Shown here: in pieces, positions 9,616-19,989 of the stretch | Layout of the letters: every line of letters starts with the position of its first letter | How positions within the stretch are numbered: position 1 is the first letter of the stretch | Assembly: GCA_965219415.1 (NCBI GenBank) | Contig: CBDCNP010000002.1 | Coordinates: 2,208,001 to 2,272,000 of the forward strand | DNA from: Candidatus Marinacidobacterales bacterium | GTDB lineage: Bacteria > Acidobacteriota > Vicinamibacteria > Marinacidobacterales > DATDRI01 | Direction: 5' to 3' | DNA length: 64,000 bases | The notes under the pieces: model-generated | The model's input: only the letters and a program-made list of their open reading frames with translations | What the model was told of the DNA's origin: nothing | The model's database searches: none | Program-made: the position numbers and the translations under genes

Positions 9616-10875
9616 ATGCTCTTTGCCGCGATACTCGGCCTAGTTCTCATTCTTGTTTGCTCTGCCTTCTTCTCCGGCTCCGAGACCGCCCTCATGTCCC
9701 TCAACTGGTATCGGTTGCGACACCTGGAGGAGCGGCACGGGCGTATAGCAACAACCATCCGAGAGGTTCTGAGCTACCCGGAGAAAGTCTTGGGCACCAT
9801 TCTTACCGGAAACGTTTTCGTGAATACCGCTGCCGCGGCACTCGTCACCTATGTGGTCACGACTCAAGCAACGAACCCCGAGGAAAAGGCGGCGGCACTC
9901 ACCATCGCGACGTTCCTCCTGACCGCTCTCCTCCTCGTCTTCGGCGAGATGATCCCAAAGAGCGTGGCGGCGCGCCACGCGGAAGGCTGGTCGTTTGTCG
10001 TTATTCGACCCATCGTCTTCTTCATCAAGCTCTTGGGACCCATCGTCAAACTGCTGACCCTGATTTCGATGGGCTTTCTGCGTTTGATCGGAGAACCACC
10101 GCGTCCTCTCCGGCACGAGATGACTCTCGAGGAGCTCAAGGCCCTCATACAGACGGGAGGGGAGACCGGCGAGGAACCGGGAGGCAAGCGTCAAATGCTT
10201 CGAAGGGTTTTCGAGCTGGGCGAGACACGAGTCTCTGAGGTCATGGTGCCGCGGACCGAGATCGTGGCCGTCGAGGTCAACTCAACGCTCGAGGAAATCG
10301 TTGCCCTCATTCAGAAACACCACCTCTCACGCATACCGGTTTACCGCAACACGCTCGACACCATCGAGGGTCTCGTCTACTCAAAAGACCTGATCGCCCA
10401 TTGGGGCAAGAAGGTCCCCTTCAAACTAGCGGACGTGCTCCGAAAGCCCTACTTCTTGCCTGACCGGGCGAAGGCGGAGCAGGCACTCGAACAGATGCAG
10501 AAGCACCGGGTTCACTTGGCGTTGGTCGTCGACGAGCACGGCGGTGTGGAAGGCATGGTGACCCTCGAAGATCTGCTGGAAGAAATCGTGGGGGAGCTGA
10601 GCGACGAGCAAGAAGAAGAGGCGCCGCCGATCCGCGCCCTCCCCGACGGCAGCTACTCCTTGGAGGGCTCTATCTCCGTCAAGGATCTGAACGATGCCCT
10701 AGGATTGACTTTGCCGGAGCGACCCGACTACAACACTCTCGCCGGACTCATCTTAACCCGACTGGGCCGCATTCCCGTCGAGGGAGAAGAGCTAGCGGTG
10801 GAGGGTATGTTTTTCTCGATCGAGAAGGTCGGGGATCGCCGGGTGGTTCGAGTGAGAGCTAGGCGGGGGCGCTAA
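9616..10875 (+). CDS. CNNM/CorB-HlyC family membrane protein (DUF21 + CBS pair + CorC domain)
   Basis: SAFFSGSETAL, FGEMIPK, MVPRT, SRIPVY, VVDEHGGVEGMVTLEDLLEEIVGE. Confidence 0.93.
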   Translation: MLFAAILGLVLILVCSAFFSGSETALMSLNWYRLRHLEERHGRIATTIREVLSYPEKVLGTILTGNVFVNTAAAALVTYVVTTQATNPEEKAAALTIATFLLTALLLVFGEMIPKSVAARHAEGWSFVVIRPIVFFIKLLGPIVKLLTLISMGFLRLIGEPPRPLRHEMTLEELKALIQTGGETGEEPGGKRQMLRRVFELGETRVSEVMVPRTEIVAVEVNSTLEEIVALIQKHHLSRIPVYRNTLDTIEGLVYSKDLIAHWGKKVPFKLADVLRKPYFLPDRAKAEQALEQMQKHRVHLALVVDEHGGVEGMVTLEDLLEEIVGELSDEQEEEAPPIRALPDGSYSLEGSISVKDLNDALGLTLPERPDYNTLAGLILTRLGRIPVEGEELAVEGMFFSIEKVGDRRVVRVRARRGR

Positions 10876-10895
10876 GCGCCGATCAGAACCGTCCT

Positions 10896-11064
10896 CAATC
10901 ATCTTCGTCTTCGTCCCCGTAAAAAAATAGTCCGCACAGTTGGTCGTGCAAAACCAGCGCCCGCTGCGATCAACTCCGCAATCGTCGCAGAAGTACTTGA
11001 AGCAGATCGCACACTTCCGAAGAGATTTCTCCTCATCGGAGATCTCGCAGACGGAACAGTTCAA
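10896..11064 (-). CDS. Small Cys-rich zinc-finger protein; probable homopolymer frameshift at 10921-10927
   Basis: AAGGAGGAG RBS, TTG start, four Cys pairs. One extra T in the T7 run gives the C-terminus YFFYGDEDEDD-stop and removes the overlap with the CNNM gene. Confidence 0.65.
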
Positions 11065-11089
11065 CCCCAGCTCCTCCTTGGCGGATTTC

Positions 11090-11119
11090 TTGACAATTTC
11101 TAGTGAACACCATTAAAAT
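11090..11119 (+). promoter_or_regulatory. Putative sigma70 promoter for the tilS operon
   Basis: TTGACA-18 nt-TAAAAT in an AT-rich gap upstream of tilS. Confidence 0.5.
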
Positions 11120-11206
11120 ACAATGTTTAGAGGAATTTACCAAGGCTCCCAAGCAAGCGGCTCGAAAAGTACCTCGGTCACACCCTGGCCGCGGCGGGGT
11201 TATCGA

Positions 11207-12679
11207 ATGCTCGTCAAGAAGGTACATCGCTCACTCCGGCGGTTCGGAATGATCCGCTCCGGAGAACGCGTGCTCATCGCAGTCTCCGGTGGACCGGATT
11301 CCGTCGCCCTTACTCACGCGCTGGTCGAGTTGGCCGCTACCGAGGGGTTCGAGCTGCGTTTGGCACACCTCAATCATCAATTACGCGAAGACGGGAACAA
11401 CGATGAAACGTTTTGCGCGGAATTGGCGACGCGATTAGGGTTGCCGTTCGCGTCACATTCGATCGATGTCGCTGGTGAAGCCAAACGCAACGGGTTTTCT
11501 CTCGAGGAACAAGCCCGAATCAGTCGCTATCGCTTCTTGGGCGAGACGGCCCAAAGCTGGGATTGCGCCGGGATCGCCGTGGGCCATACCCGAAACGACC
11601 AGGCCGAAACATTCCTGCTGCGGTTGCTGCGGGGATCGGGAACAACCGGGTTGGCCGCGATCCGCCCGGTCACCTCTTTGCCGACTTCATTCGCACCCTC
11701 GTCCCAGGCCCGCCTTGCCCGCCTTGTTCGTCCGATGCTCGGGGTGACACGCTCCGAAGTGATCGCGTTTCTTGATGCGAAGGAAATCGCTTACCGGCTG
11801 GACCGTACCAACTTAGACTCATCGATCCCCCGCAACCGTGTCCGGAACGAAACCCTGCCTTTTTTGGCGCGCCACCACAACCCGAATGTAACCGAAACCC
11901 TAGCCCGGACGGCAGAACTTCTACAAGACGACGAGGATTGGATGGAGCGCGAGGCGGCGCGAACGCTCTCCTCTCTAACCGAGGGCTCCGGGCCTCATGG
12001 GACCCGTATCTCGCTGTCGGTCGAGACGCTCGAACGACTGCACCCCGCCCTGCGCCGTCGAGTCGTCCGGGGAGCCATTCGGAGCACTCGCGGAGAGTTG
12101 CGTGCCATCACCTCCCGCCACATCGAGGACGTGCTCGAGCTCACCTCCCCCGGCAAGAGCGGCCGCCGATTGAGCCTGCCTGGACTCGATTGTGGGCGTT
12201 CCTTCGACACTATCTGGTTCGAGCCTGCCGCTCTTAGTCATTCGGAAGCAAAGGGCTATAATGGCTATGAGTATGCCCTGACCGTGCCCGGGGAGCTCCG
12301 AATCCCAGAAGCGGGCGGAGCCATTCGCGCGATAGAGGCGGATGCCACGTCTCTTCCGCCGGCAGCGGGGGAAACGGTCAAGGTGGCGCTCGAGGAGGTA
12401 AACGGACCGCTGGACCTGCTGGAAACGCTAAGCGTGCGGAGTCCGTTGCCGGGGGACCGGTTTCGTCCTCTCGGGGCACCAGGCTCCAAATCGGTAGCAC
12501 GCTATCTCATGGAGCGCCGGGTGGACCGAGAAAGGCGCCGGTTCATCCCGCTTGTCGTTCGCGGGGAACGGCGTTCCGGCCAGGAGATTTTGTGGGTAGT
12601 CGGGCATGGAGTCTCCGAGGCATCTCGAGTGGATCGGGGGGCTGGCCGGGTGCTTCAGTTGAGTTGGTCGACGGCATGA
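11207..12679 (+). CDS. tilS: tRNA(Ile)-lysidine synthase
   Basis: AVSGGPDS, HLNHQLR, GHTRNDQAET, RNRVR, C-terminal GDRFRP domain. Confidence 0.95.
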   Translation: MLVKKVHRSLRRFGMIRSGERVLIAVSGGPDSVALTHALVELAATEGFELRLAHLNHQLREDGNNDETFCAELATRLGLPFASHSIDVAGEAKRNGFSLEEQARISRYRFLGETAQSWDCAGIAVGHTRNDQAETFLLRLLRGSGTTGLAAIRPVTSLPTSFAPSSQARLARLVRPMLGVTRSEVIAFLDAKEIAYRLDRTNLDSSIPRNRVRNETLPFLARHHNPNVTETLARTAELLQDDEDWMEREAARTLSSLTEGSGPHGTRISLSVETLERLHPALRRRVVRGAIRSTRGELRAITSRHIEDVLELTSPGKSGRRLSLPGLDCGRSFDTIWFEPAALSHSEAKGYNGYEYALTVPGELRIPEAGGAIRAIEADATSLPPAAGETVKVALEEVNGPLDLLETLSVRSPLPGDRFRPLGAPGSKSVARYLMERRVDRERRRFIPLVVRGERRSGQEILWVVGHGVSEASRVDRGAGRVLQLSWSTA

Positions 12680-13206
12680 GTGAATTCGTCAAACCTAAAG
12701 TCCTTTTTAGTCAGGAGGAGATCCAACGGCGCATTCTAGACGTCGGACGGCGCATCACGGCCGACTATGACGGCTCGGACCTCGCGATGGTGGGAATACT
12801 GAAGGGCACCATCGTCTTCATGGCAGACCTCATTCGGGCCATCGATCGACCGCTTACTTGCGACTTTCTCAAGGTGGGGCGAGCCAAGGATCAACGGATC
12901 GACATCGCGTTTAGCCCGGAGACAGATTTTCGCGCCCGAGAGATCCTATTGCTCCAAGACGTAGTCGATACCGGCGTCACGATGAATTTCATCGTGGGAC
13001 ACATCCAAGAAGACTGGCAACCGCGTTCGCTGAAAGTCGCCGCACTCATCGATAGGGAAGATCAGCGCAAGGTTGACTGCGCCGTCGACTATGCATGTTT
13101 CAAAGTTGTAGAGGACCGCTTCGTAGTCGGTTACGGCCTGGACAGCGAGGAGCAGTATCGGGGACTTCCGTACCTCGGAACGCTCGACCGAAAGAAGACC
13201 GAATAG
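12676..13206 (+). CDS. hpt: Hypoxanthine phosphoribosyltransferase-like protein (divergent)
   Basis: [36 protein letters not shown]; tilS-hpt-ftsH synteny. Confidence 0.82.
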   Translation: MSEFVKPKVLFSQEEIQRRILDVGRRITADYDGSDLAMVGILKGTIVFMADLIRAIDRPLTCDFLKVGRAKDQRIDIAFSPETDFRAREILLLQDVVDTGVTMNFIVGHIQEDWQPRSLKVAALIDREDQRKVDCAVDYACFKVVEDRFVVGYGLDSEEQYRGLPYLGTLDRKKTE

Positions 13207-13240
13207 AAGCTCCATAGAAGACCTAGAATCTCGGAGGCAA

Positions 13241-15169
13241 ATGTTGAACTCGACCATGAAGAACTTGATGTTCTGGATGGTGGCCGCTTTGCTCATTATG
13301 CTCTTCTGGAGCGTATCGTCTCGCATCCAACAGAAAGAGGAGCAGTATACCTTCAGCGATTTCATGGAGTATGTGGATCGAGGGAATGTCGCCGAGGTAA
13401 CGATCACCGGAAGCTCGGCGGGCAGCCAAATCGTAGGAACGTTGAACAACGGCAACGCCTTCCGAACCTTCGCACCCCCGCAGTACGAGTCCCTAGTAGA
13501 CAAGCTACTGGCACAAGGCGTCGAAGTAAGCGCTCGAGATGCGAATGGCTCTTCCGTCTGGGCACATCTCATCAACTGGACGCCCATCATCATCATGATC
13601 GCTTTCTTGGTCTTCTTCATGCGGCAAATGCAAGGCTCGGGTAATCGAGCTCTGTCGTTCGGAAAGAGCAAGGCGAAGCTCAGCGGCAGTCAACAGAAAA
13701 AAGTCACGTTCAAAGACGTGGCGGGAGTCGACGAAGCGAAGGAAGAGCTTCAGGAAATCATCGACTTTCTGAGAGAACCACAGAAGTTCCAGAAGCTCGG
13801 TGGACGAATCCCCAAGGGTGTGCTGCTTATGGGGCCGCCGGGGACCGGTAAGACGCTGCTGGCGCGCGCCATCTCGGGCGAGGCCAACGTACCGTTTTTC
13901 TCGATCAGCGGGTCCGACTTCGTCGAAATGTTTGTTGGAGTTGGTGCCAGTCGTGTGCGCGACCTCTTCGAGCAAGGGAAGAAGAACGCTCCCTGCATCG
14001 TCTTCATTGATGAGATCGACGCGGTGGGACGCCACCGTGGCGCTGGGTTGGGCGGCGGACACGATGAGCGCGAACAGACTCTGAACCAGCTGCTGGTGGA
14101 GATGGACGGCTTCGAGTCCAACGAAGGCGTCATCTTGATCGCGGCCACTAACCGGCCGGACGTATTAGATCCGGCGCTACTGAGGCCCGGCCGTTTCGAC
14201 CGCCGGGTGGTGGTCTCGCTTCCCGACGTCAAGGGACGGGAAGGCATTTTGAAAGTGCACACCAACCGGATTCCACTGGCCTCCGATGTCGACCTAAGCA
14301 TACTCGCCAGGGGAACGCCTGGTTTCTCGGGCGCCGATCTGGCGAACCTCGTGAACGAAGCTGCCCTGAACGCGGCCCGGTACGGGATGAAGGCGGTCGG
14401 CATGCAGGACTTCGAAAACTCCAAGGACAAAGTGCTCATGGGTGCCGAACGGCGGTCCATGATCATGAGCGAGGAGGAAAAGAAGACCACCGCCTACCAC
14501 GAAGCAGGCCACGCGTTGGTGGCGGCGCTTCTCCCCGACGCCGACCCCATTCACAAGGTGACCATCATCCCGCGCGGCATGGCCCTCGGAGTCACGCAGC
14601 TCCTCCCCGAGTCCGAGCGGTACAGTCACAGCAAGGTGTACGTGGAAGCGATGATCGCGGTCAAAATGGGAGGCCGCATTGCCGAGCAGCTCTTTCTGAA
14701 CCAAGTCACCAGCGGGGCTCGCGACGATCTCGAGAAAGCCACCGAATTGGCTCGCAAGATGGTCTGTGAGTGGGGCATGAGCGATAACCTCGGGCCGATG
14801 ACCTTCGGACGGCAAGAAGAGCAGGTTTTCCTCGGGCGAGACATCGTCCACCAGAGAGACTACGGCGAAGACACCGCCATCAGGATCGACGGAGAAGTGA
14901 AATCCATTACCGAGCGAAACTACGAACGCGCCAAGGGGCTTCTGACCACCAACCGCGACCTATTGCAGCGCGTGGCGGAGACGCTGCTGGTGCGTGAGGT
15001 TCTGGATGCAGAGGAAGTGAAGATGGTGCTCGAGGGGATCCCCCTCAAGGAGCGACCGCCCGCGCCCACGCTAGCCGCTACCGAGAAGAAGCCCGAGACC
15101 AAAGACGAGGAGAAAGCCCCGCTCACACCGCCCATCCTGCCGGCGCCAAAGAGCATTCCGCAGAGCTAA
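13241..15169 (+). CDS. ftsH: ATP-dependent zinc metalloprotease FtsH
   Basis: [34 protein letters not shown]. Confidence 0.98.
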   Translation: MLNSTMKNLMFWMVAALLIMLFWSVSSRIQQKEEQYTFSDFMEYVDRGNVAEVTITGSSAGSQIVGTLNNGNAFRTFAPPQYESLVDKLLAQGVEVSARDANGSSVWAHLINWTPIIIMIAFLVFFMRQMQGSGNRALSFGKSKAKLSGSQQKKVTFKDVAGVDEAKEELQEIIDFLREPQKFQKLGGRIPKGVLLMGPPGTGKTLLARAISGEANVPFFSISGSDFVEMFVGVGASRVRDLFEQGKKNAPCIVFIDEIDAVGRHRGAGLGGGHDEREQTLNQLLVEMDGFESNEGVILIAATNRPDVLDPALLRPGRFDRRVVVSLPDVKGREGILKVHTNRIPLASDVDLSILARGTPGFSGADLANLVNEAALNAARYGMKAVGMQDFENSKDKVLMGAERRSMIMSEEEKKTTAYHEAGHALVAALLPDADPIHKVTIIPRGMALGVTQLLPESERYSHSKVYVEAMIAVKMGGRIAEQLFLNQVTSGARDDLEKATELARKMVCEWGMSDNLGPMTFGRQEEQVFLGRDIVHQRDYGEDTAIRIDGEVKSITERNYERAKGLLTTNRDLLQRVAETLLVREVLDAEEVKMVLEGIPLKERPPAPTLAATEKKPETKDEEKAPLTPPILPAPKSIPQS

Positions 15170-15211
15170 GTCCCCGGTGGCCTTGGCTCTTTTTGTTCGA
15201 ACGAGTCGACG

Positions 15212-16093
15212 TTGACGGTCCCTCTCGCCGCGCGGTCCATCCACACATTCCGGGCACGAGGAAGGACGCTCTCGCTGGGCCCTCGAACCCGCGTGATGGG
15301 TGTCATCAACGTGACGCCGGACTCCTTTTCCGACGGCGGCCTTTTCTTGGACGCCGAAAAGGCCATTGCCTGCGGGTTGGAAATGGCCCGGTGTGGGGCG
15401 GACATCATCGACATCGGCGGGGAATCCACGCGGCCCGGAGCTTCCCCGGTCTCGACGGAAGAGGAGCTAGAACGAGTGGCTCCGGTGATCACCGCGTTGC
15501 GACGGCAAACTGACGTCCTACTTTCCGCCGACACCGCCAAGGCCGAGGTGGCGAAGTGGGCGCTCGAGCAAGGAGTCGAAATCATCAACGACACCTCTGC
15601 TCTGACCGGCGACCCGAGGGTCGCGGAAATGACGGCGAGGGCCGAAGCCGGTTTGATCTTGATGCACATGAAGGGTACGCCCCGGACGATGCAGAAAAAC
15701 CCAACCTATGAAGATGTTGTTTCCGAGGTGCGTGATTTCCTCGCCGAGGCGTCGAGCCGAGCTGAAGCCGCGGGGGTAGCACCGGATTCGATACTAGTCG
15801 ACCCCGGGATCGGCTTCGGCAAGTCGTTGGAGCACAATCTACAACTGATCAATCGTCTGGAATCGTTGTCGACCCTCGGAAAGCCGATCTTGATTGGTAC
15901 GTCGCGCAAGAGCTTCATCGGCCGGCTTCTCGACATTCCGGCCGAGGAAAGGCTTTACGGAACGTCAGCTTCCGTTGCCGCTTCTATACTCCGGGGCGCG
16001 CACGTGGTACGCGTCCACGACGTTCCAGAAATGATTCACGTTGCCACGCTAACCGACGCTATCTTGAACGAGGCGGGAGCGGCATCGGCGTGA
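15212..16093 (+). CDS. folP: Dihydropteroate synthase
   Basis: MGVINVTPDSFSDGG, GGESTRPG, DPGIGFGK, SRKSF, RVHDV. Confidence 0.97.
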   Translation: MTVPLAARSIHTFRARGRTLSLGPRTRVMGVINVTPDSFSDGGLFLDAEKAIACGLEMARCGADIIDIGGESTRPGASPVSTEEELERVAPVITALRRQTDVLLSADTAKAEVAKWALEQGVEIINDTSALTGDPRVAEMTARAEAGLILMHMKGTPRTMQKNPTYEDVVSEVRDFLAEASSRAEAAGVAPDSILVDPGIGFGKSLEHNLQLINRLESLSTLGKPILIGTSRKSFIGRLLDIPAEERLYGTSASVAASILRGAHVVRVHDVPEMIHVATLTDAILNEAGAASA

Positions 16094-16926
16094 ACGAGCT
16101 GGAAAGTTACCTCGAGTCGTTCGTCCGGGTGACCGAGTTCTCCTGGGTGGATGCCATCGACATCGCTCTTGTCAGCTTCCTCATCTATAAGCTGTTGCAA
16201 CTCATTCGCGGTAGCCGCGCCTTCCAGATGGTGGTGGGGACGCTCATCGTTGTGACGTTGTTCTTCGTCTCCCGCTGGGCGAGGCTCGAGACCGTCAATT
16301 GGTTGCTGCGCAATAGTCTCGCCTACGTCGGATTCGCCATCATCGTGCTCTACCAGGCCGAGCTCCGTAAGGCGCTTGCGCAGCTGGGCAAAGCCCCGTT
16401 GTTTCGCCTTCTTAGCCAACCGCACACGAGCGAGACGGTCGACGAAGTGGTGCTCGCCATGACCACTTTGGCGAGGCGCAAGACGGGTGCGATCATCGTC
16501 ATCGAGCGAGATATTGGCCTCCGGAGTTACATCGAGGGCGGCATCATTCTCGACGCGATACTCACCTACGATCTGCTACTCTCCATTTTCAATCCCAAGA
16601 CGCCGCTACACGACGGCGCCGTGATCGTGCAAGGCAACCGGGTCGCCGCCGCCGCGTGCTTCCTGCCGCTTTCCATCAACCCGCAATTATCGAAGGAGCT
16701 CGGAACCCGCCACCGTGCGGCGATCGGCATTACCGAGGATACCGACGCGGTTGCCATCGTCGTCTCGGAAGAAACGGGTGCGGTGAGCTACCTGGAAGAT
16801 GGAAATATCCTGCGCGGTGTGGACGGCGAGACTCTGCGCGCGAAGCTCAGCCGGGCGCTCGGGACCAGTCGAGCCAAGCGATCGCAAGACGTGAAGGCGG
16901 GCGTCCGGGAAGGTTCGGCGGTATGA
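16090..16926 (+). CDS. cdaA: Diadenylate cyclase CdaA/DacA
   Basis: Three N-terminal TMs; PLHDGA and GTRHRAA catalytic motifs; VSEETG. Confidence 0.95.
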   Translation: MNELESYLESFVRVTEFSWVDAIDIALVSFLIYKLLQLIRGSRAFQMVVGTLIVVTLFFVSRWARLETVNWLLRNSLAYVGFAIIVLYQAELRKALAQLGKAPLFRLLSQPHTSETVDEVVLAMTTLARRKTGAIIVIERDIGLRSYIEGGIILDAILTYDLLLSIFNPKTPLHDGAVIVQGNRVAAAACFLPLSINPQLSKELGTRHRAAIGITEDTDAVAIVVSEETGAVSYLEDGNILRGVDGETLRAKLSRALGTSRAKRSQDVKAGVREGSAV

Positions 16927-17855
16927 GGTCGTGGATTTTCGAAAACTCGGGGCTCAAGGTGATCTCGCTCATTTTGGGAGTCTCCCTGTGGTACATCGTG
17001 GCCGGCGAGAGAGGCACCGAGATCGTGCTTTCGATTCCTCTCGAGTTTCAGAACGTTCCGGAAGGACTCGAAGTGATCGCGGAGTCCGCTCAGCAAGTCG
17101 ACGTGCGATTGCGTGGCTCGTCCGAGTTCCTGAGAGGACTCTCGCCTCAGGAAATTCAGGCGGCGATGGACCTGACGGACGCTATCCCAGGAGACAACAC
17201 CTTTTACCTCACGCCGGGTCAGGTGGACACGCCCTACGGCGTTCGAGTAATGAGAGTCACTCCAGCTTCCGTCAACCTGACGGTCGAGCCGGTATCTCAG
17301 CGTAGTGTTCGGGCGGTGCCAAGAGTCGTCGGGAAGCCCGCCACTGGCTTCGTGCTGGCCGCCATCGATCTCGAGCCACTCGAGGTTGTGGTCAGCGGAC
17401 CCACCTCACGGCTCGCGAACCTAGAACAAGTCGCCACCGAGCCCATCTCTGCGGAAGGACTCCGCGAAACCTACTCGCAGTCGCTCCGAGTCCTCTTTGA
17501 TGACCCGTTCGTGAGACTTCCCGAAGGGAATACCGTGGAGGTGACGCTCGAAGTTCAGGAAGAGAGAATCGAACGAGAGCTGGGCCCGGTGCCGGTTAGT
17601 GCAAGCCCGTCCTCCCCCAAGGTCACGCTGACCCCCGCATCGCTTACCGTCGTGGTAGGCGGCCCTCGAAGTGTGGTTGAGAAGCTTCGCGTCGAACATC
17701 TCGACGCGCGGGTGAACGTGGAGGGTTTGGATCCCGGAAGTCATCCACTTGCCCCCCAGATCGAAGTGCGTCTCCAGGGCGCCGCCGACATCGAGATCGT
17801 GAACGTCGTTCCTGAAGAAGTGGAAGCCTGCTTGTCCGAGTCGGGAAGCGAATGA
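16923..17855 (+). CDS. cdaR: CdaR/YbbR-like regulator
   Basis: N-terminal TM (KVISLILGVSLW) and YbbR-like beta repeats; lies between cdaA and glmM. Confidence 0.88.
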   Translation: MRSWIFENSGLKVISLILGVSLWYIVAGERGTEIVLSIPLEFQNVPEGLEVIAESAQQVDVRLRGSSEFLRGLSPQEIQAAMDLTDAIPGDNTFYLTPGQVDTPYGVRVMRVTPASVNLTVEPVSQRSVRAVPRVVGKPATGFVLAAIDLEPLEVVVSGPTSRLANLEQVATEPISAEGLRETYSQSLRVLFDDPFVRLPEGNTVEVTLEVQEERIERELGPVPVSASPSSPKVTLTPASLTVVVGGPRSVVEKLRVEHLDARVNVEGLDPGSHPLAPQIEVRLQGAADIEIVNVVPEEVEACLSESGSE

Positions 17856-19189
17856 AGAATCTCTTCGGCACCGACGGTATTCGAGGCGAAACGGGGGTTC
17901 CCCCGCTCGATGCCACGACGGTTTACCGCGTTGGCCGCGCCCTAGCTCGAAACCTGAGCTCGCACGACGTTCCCCGCGTGCTCATCGGGCGTGACACACG
18001 GAGCTCGGGGAGCACCATCGAGTCCTGGCTCGCAGCAGGTATCTCGGCAGGTGGCAGCGAGGCCATCTCGGCCGGTGTCATCCCGACCCCAGGGGTAGCG
18101 CACCTCACGCGCCGCTTGGGTTTTGCGGCAGGAGTCGTGATTTCCGCTTCGCACAACCCCTTCCCCGACAACGGTGTGAAGATTTTCTCAACCGACGGAA
18201 AGAAGGTGAGCGAAGATCTGGAGAGCACCATCTCGAAAGAGGTCGCCGCGGACGCCGACGACCACGCGTTCGAGGAAAGGGCCCTTCCCGCACCGGACCC
18301 AACGCTTCAAGACGAGTACCTACGGCACCTAAAGTCCAGTGTTCCTTCGGAAATGGGCTTTTCGTCGCTCAAGATCGGGCTCGACTGCGCCAACGGAGCA
18401 ACTTATCAGGTGGGACCTCGTCTCCTCGGGGAGCTCGGAATCGGTTTCGTGCCCGTCGGAGTAAGCCCCGATGGACGGAACATCAACGACGCCTGCGGCT
18501 CGACGCACCCGGACGAGCTCGCACGCCGGGTTGTGGAGTCCCGCTGCGACTTCGGCGCCGCCCTGGACGGTGACGGGGATCGGCTGCTGCTGGTGGACGG
18601 CGAAGGCCAGTTGATCAACGGAGATGCGATTCTTCTTATGTGTGCGCGGCGCATGAAAGCCGAGCAAAGACTCCCCGGTCCTGGTATCGTAGCAACGGTC
18701 ATGAGCAACCTAGCCTTGGAGCAAGCCTTAGGGTCGGAAGAGATCGACCTCTTTCGGACGAAGGTGGGCGACAAATACGTCGCGGAGGAGATGGAGAGAC
18801 GCGGGCTGGGACTCGGTGGAGAGCAGTCCGGCCACGTCATCTTTTCGGACTACTCGCCCACCGGTGACGGCCTGCTGACACTCCTCCAGGTCTTGCGGGT
18901 CGTAGCCAGTTCGGCGGAGCCGTTGAAGGAGCTTGCGTACCTCAAGCCGTTCCCACAAGTTCTCGTCAACGTCCCAGTCAGAAAAAAGTGTGACATCCAG
19001 CAAGTGCCAGAAATCGCCCATGCGATGGAAGAGGCGGAACGTCAGATGGCGGGGCGTGGCCGGCTCCTGGTACGTTTTTCGGGAACCGAACCCCTACTTC
19101 GCATCATGATGGAGGGGCCCGACGAAGGAGAGATTCGGGCCCTTTCCGCATCTATTGCAGAAGCCACCCGACGCAGCTTGGCAGAATGA
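17852..19189 (+). CDS. glmM: Phosphoglucosamine mutase
   Basis: FGTDGIRG, ISASHNP, DGDGDR, GGEQSGH, RFSGTEP. Confidence 0.97.
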   Translation: MKNLFGTDGIRGETGVPPLDATTVYRVGRALARNLSSHDVPRVLIGRDTRSSGSTIESWLAAGISAGGSEAISAGVIPTPGVAHLTRRLGFAAGVVISASHNPFPDNGVKIFSTDGKKVSEDLESTISKEVAADADDHAFEERALPAPDPTLQDEYLRHLKSSVPSEMGFSSLKIGLDCANGATYQVGPRLLGELGIGFVPVGVSPDGRNINDACGSTHPDELARRVVESRCDFGAALDGDGDRLLLVDGEGQLINGDAILLMCARRMKAEQRLPGPGIVATVMSNLALEQALGSEEIDLFRTKVGDKYVAEEMERRGLGLGGEQSGHVIFSDYSPTGDGLLTLLQVLRVVASSAEPLKELAYLKPFPQVLVNVPVRKKCDIQQVPEIAHAMEEAERQMAGRGRLLVRFSGTEPLLRIMMEGPDEGEIRALSASIAEATRRSLAE

Positions 19190-19924
19190 TGAAAGAGCTT
19201 GGTGTAACCTTAAACGCCGTCGCTTTTCTGCGTGAGTCGCGCAAGGCCAAAAATCCCGATCCGGTCATGGCCGCGTTTCTCGCCGAGCAAGCCGGCGCGG
19301 ATGCGATCAACGTGCATTTGCGCGGCGACCGCCGGCACATTCAGGAGCGCGATGTGACGCTGCTCCGCGAGACTGTCAAAACGGAGCTCAATCTGGTGGC
19401 CGCTCCCAGCCAGGAGTTGACCCGTGTCGCCCTCACTGTCAAGCCCGACCGAGTGACTTTCGTCCCCGAGCGGATCGAGGAAGTCGGTGGCCCCATGGGA
19501 GTCGACGTCATTCTCAACAGCTCCCAGCTGCGTCAGCTCACAAGGATGCTTCGCGAGGGCTCAATCCGATGTAGTGTCTTCATCGAGCCGGACCCAGACC
19601 AGATTCGAGAAGCCCATCGGATCGATGCCGATGGCGTGGAGCTTTCAACCGAGACCCTCGTTGGCGCGCAAGGCGACGATACGGTTGCCCAGCAACTGCA
19701 GCGGATTTCCGACGGGGCTCGACTGGCGGACAAGTTCGGTCTGGAGGTCTCAGTTGGTAACGGCCTCTCCCCTGCGCAGCATACCCCCGCTCGTGGGCCT
19801 TCAAGGGCTGAAACGCATCACCGTGGGCTATCACCTTGTGGCGCGCTCTCTGGTAATCGGCTTCGAGGATGCGGTGCGAGAAATGGCAAGACTCGTCAAG
19901 CAGACGACCCTGCCGCTTCGTTGA
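19186..19924 (+). CDS. pdxJ: PdxJ-like (pyridoxine 5'-phosphate synthase) protein with degenerate active site; frameshift near 19770
   Basis: PDPV.AA, HLRGDRRHIQERD, TFVPE, SVFIEP. The C-terminus (LVARSLVIGFEDAVREM) is in another frame after a C-run. Confidence 0.8.
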
Positions 19925-19930
19925 CCCCCG

Positions 19931-19960
19931 TTGACGAAGCCCGACTTGGTCTGGTATTTT
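19931..19960 (+). promoter_or_regulatory. Putative sigma70 promoter for the lepA-remnant/lepB unit
   Basis: TTGACG-18 nt-TATTTT with TG upstream of the -10. Confidence 0.35.
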
Positions 19961-19989
19961 CAATAGTTTAGAGAGATTCAACCCGACTC

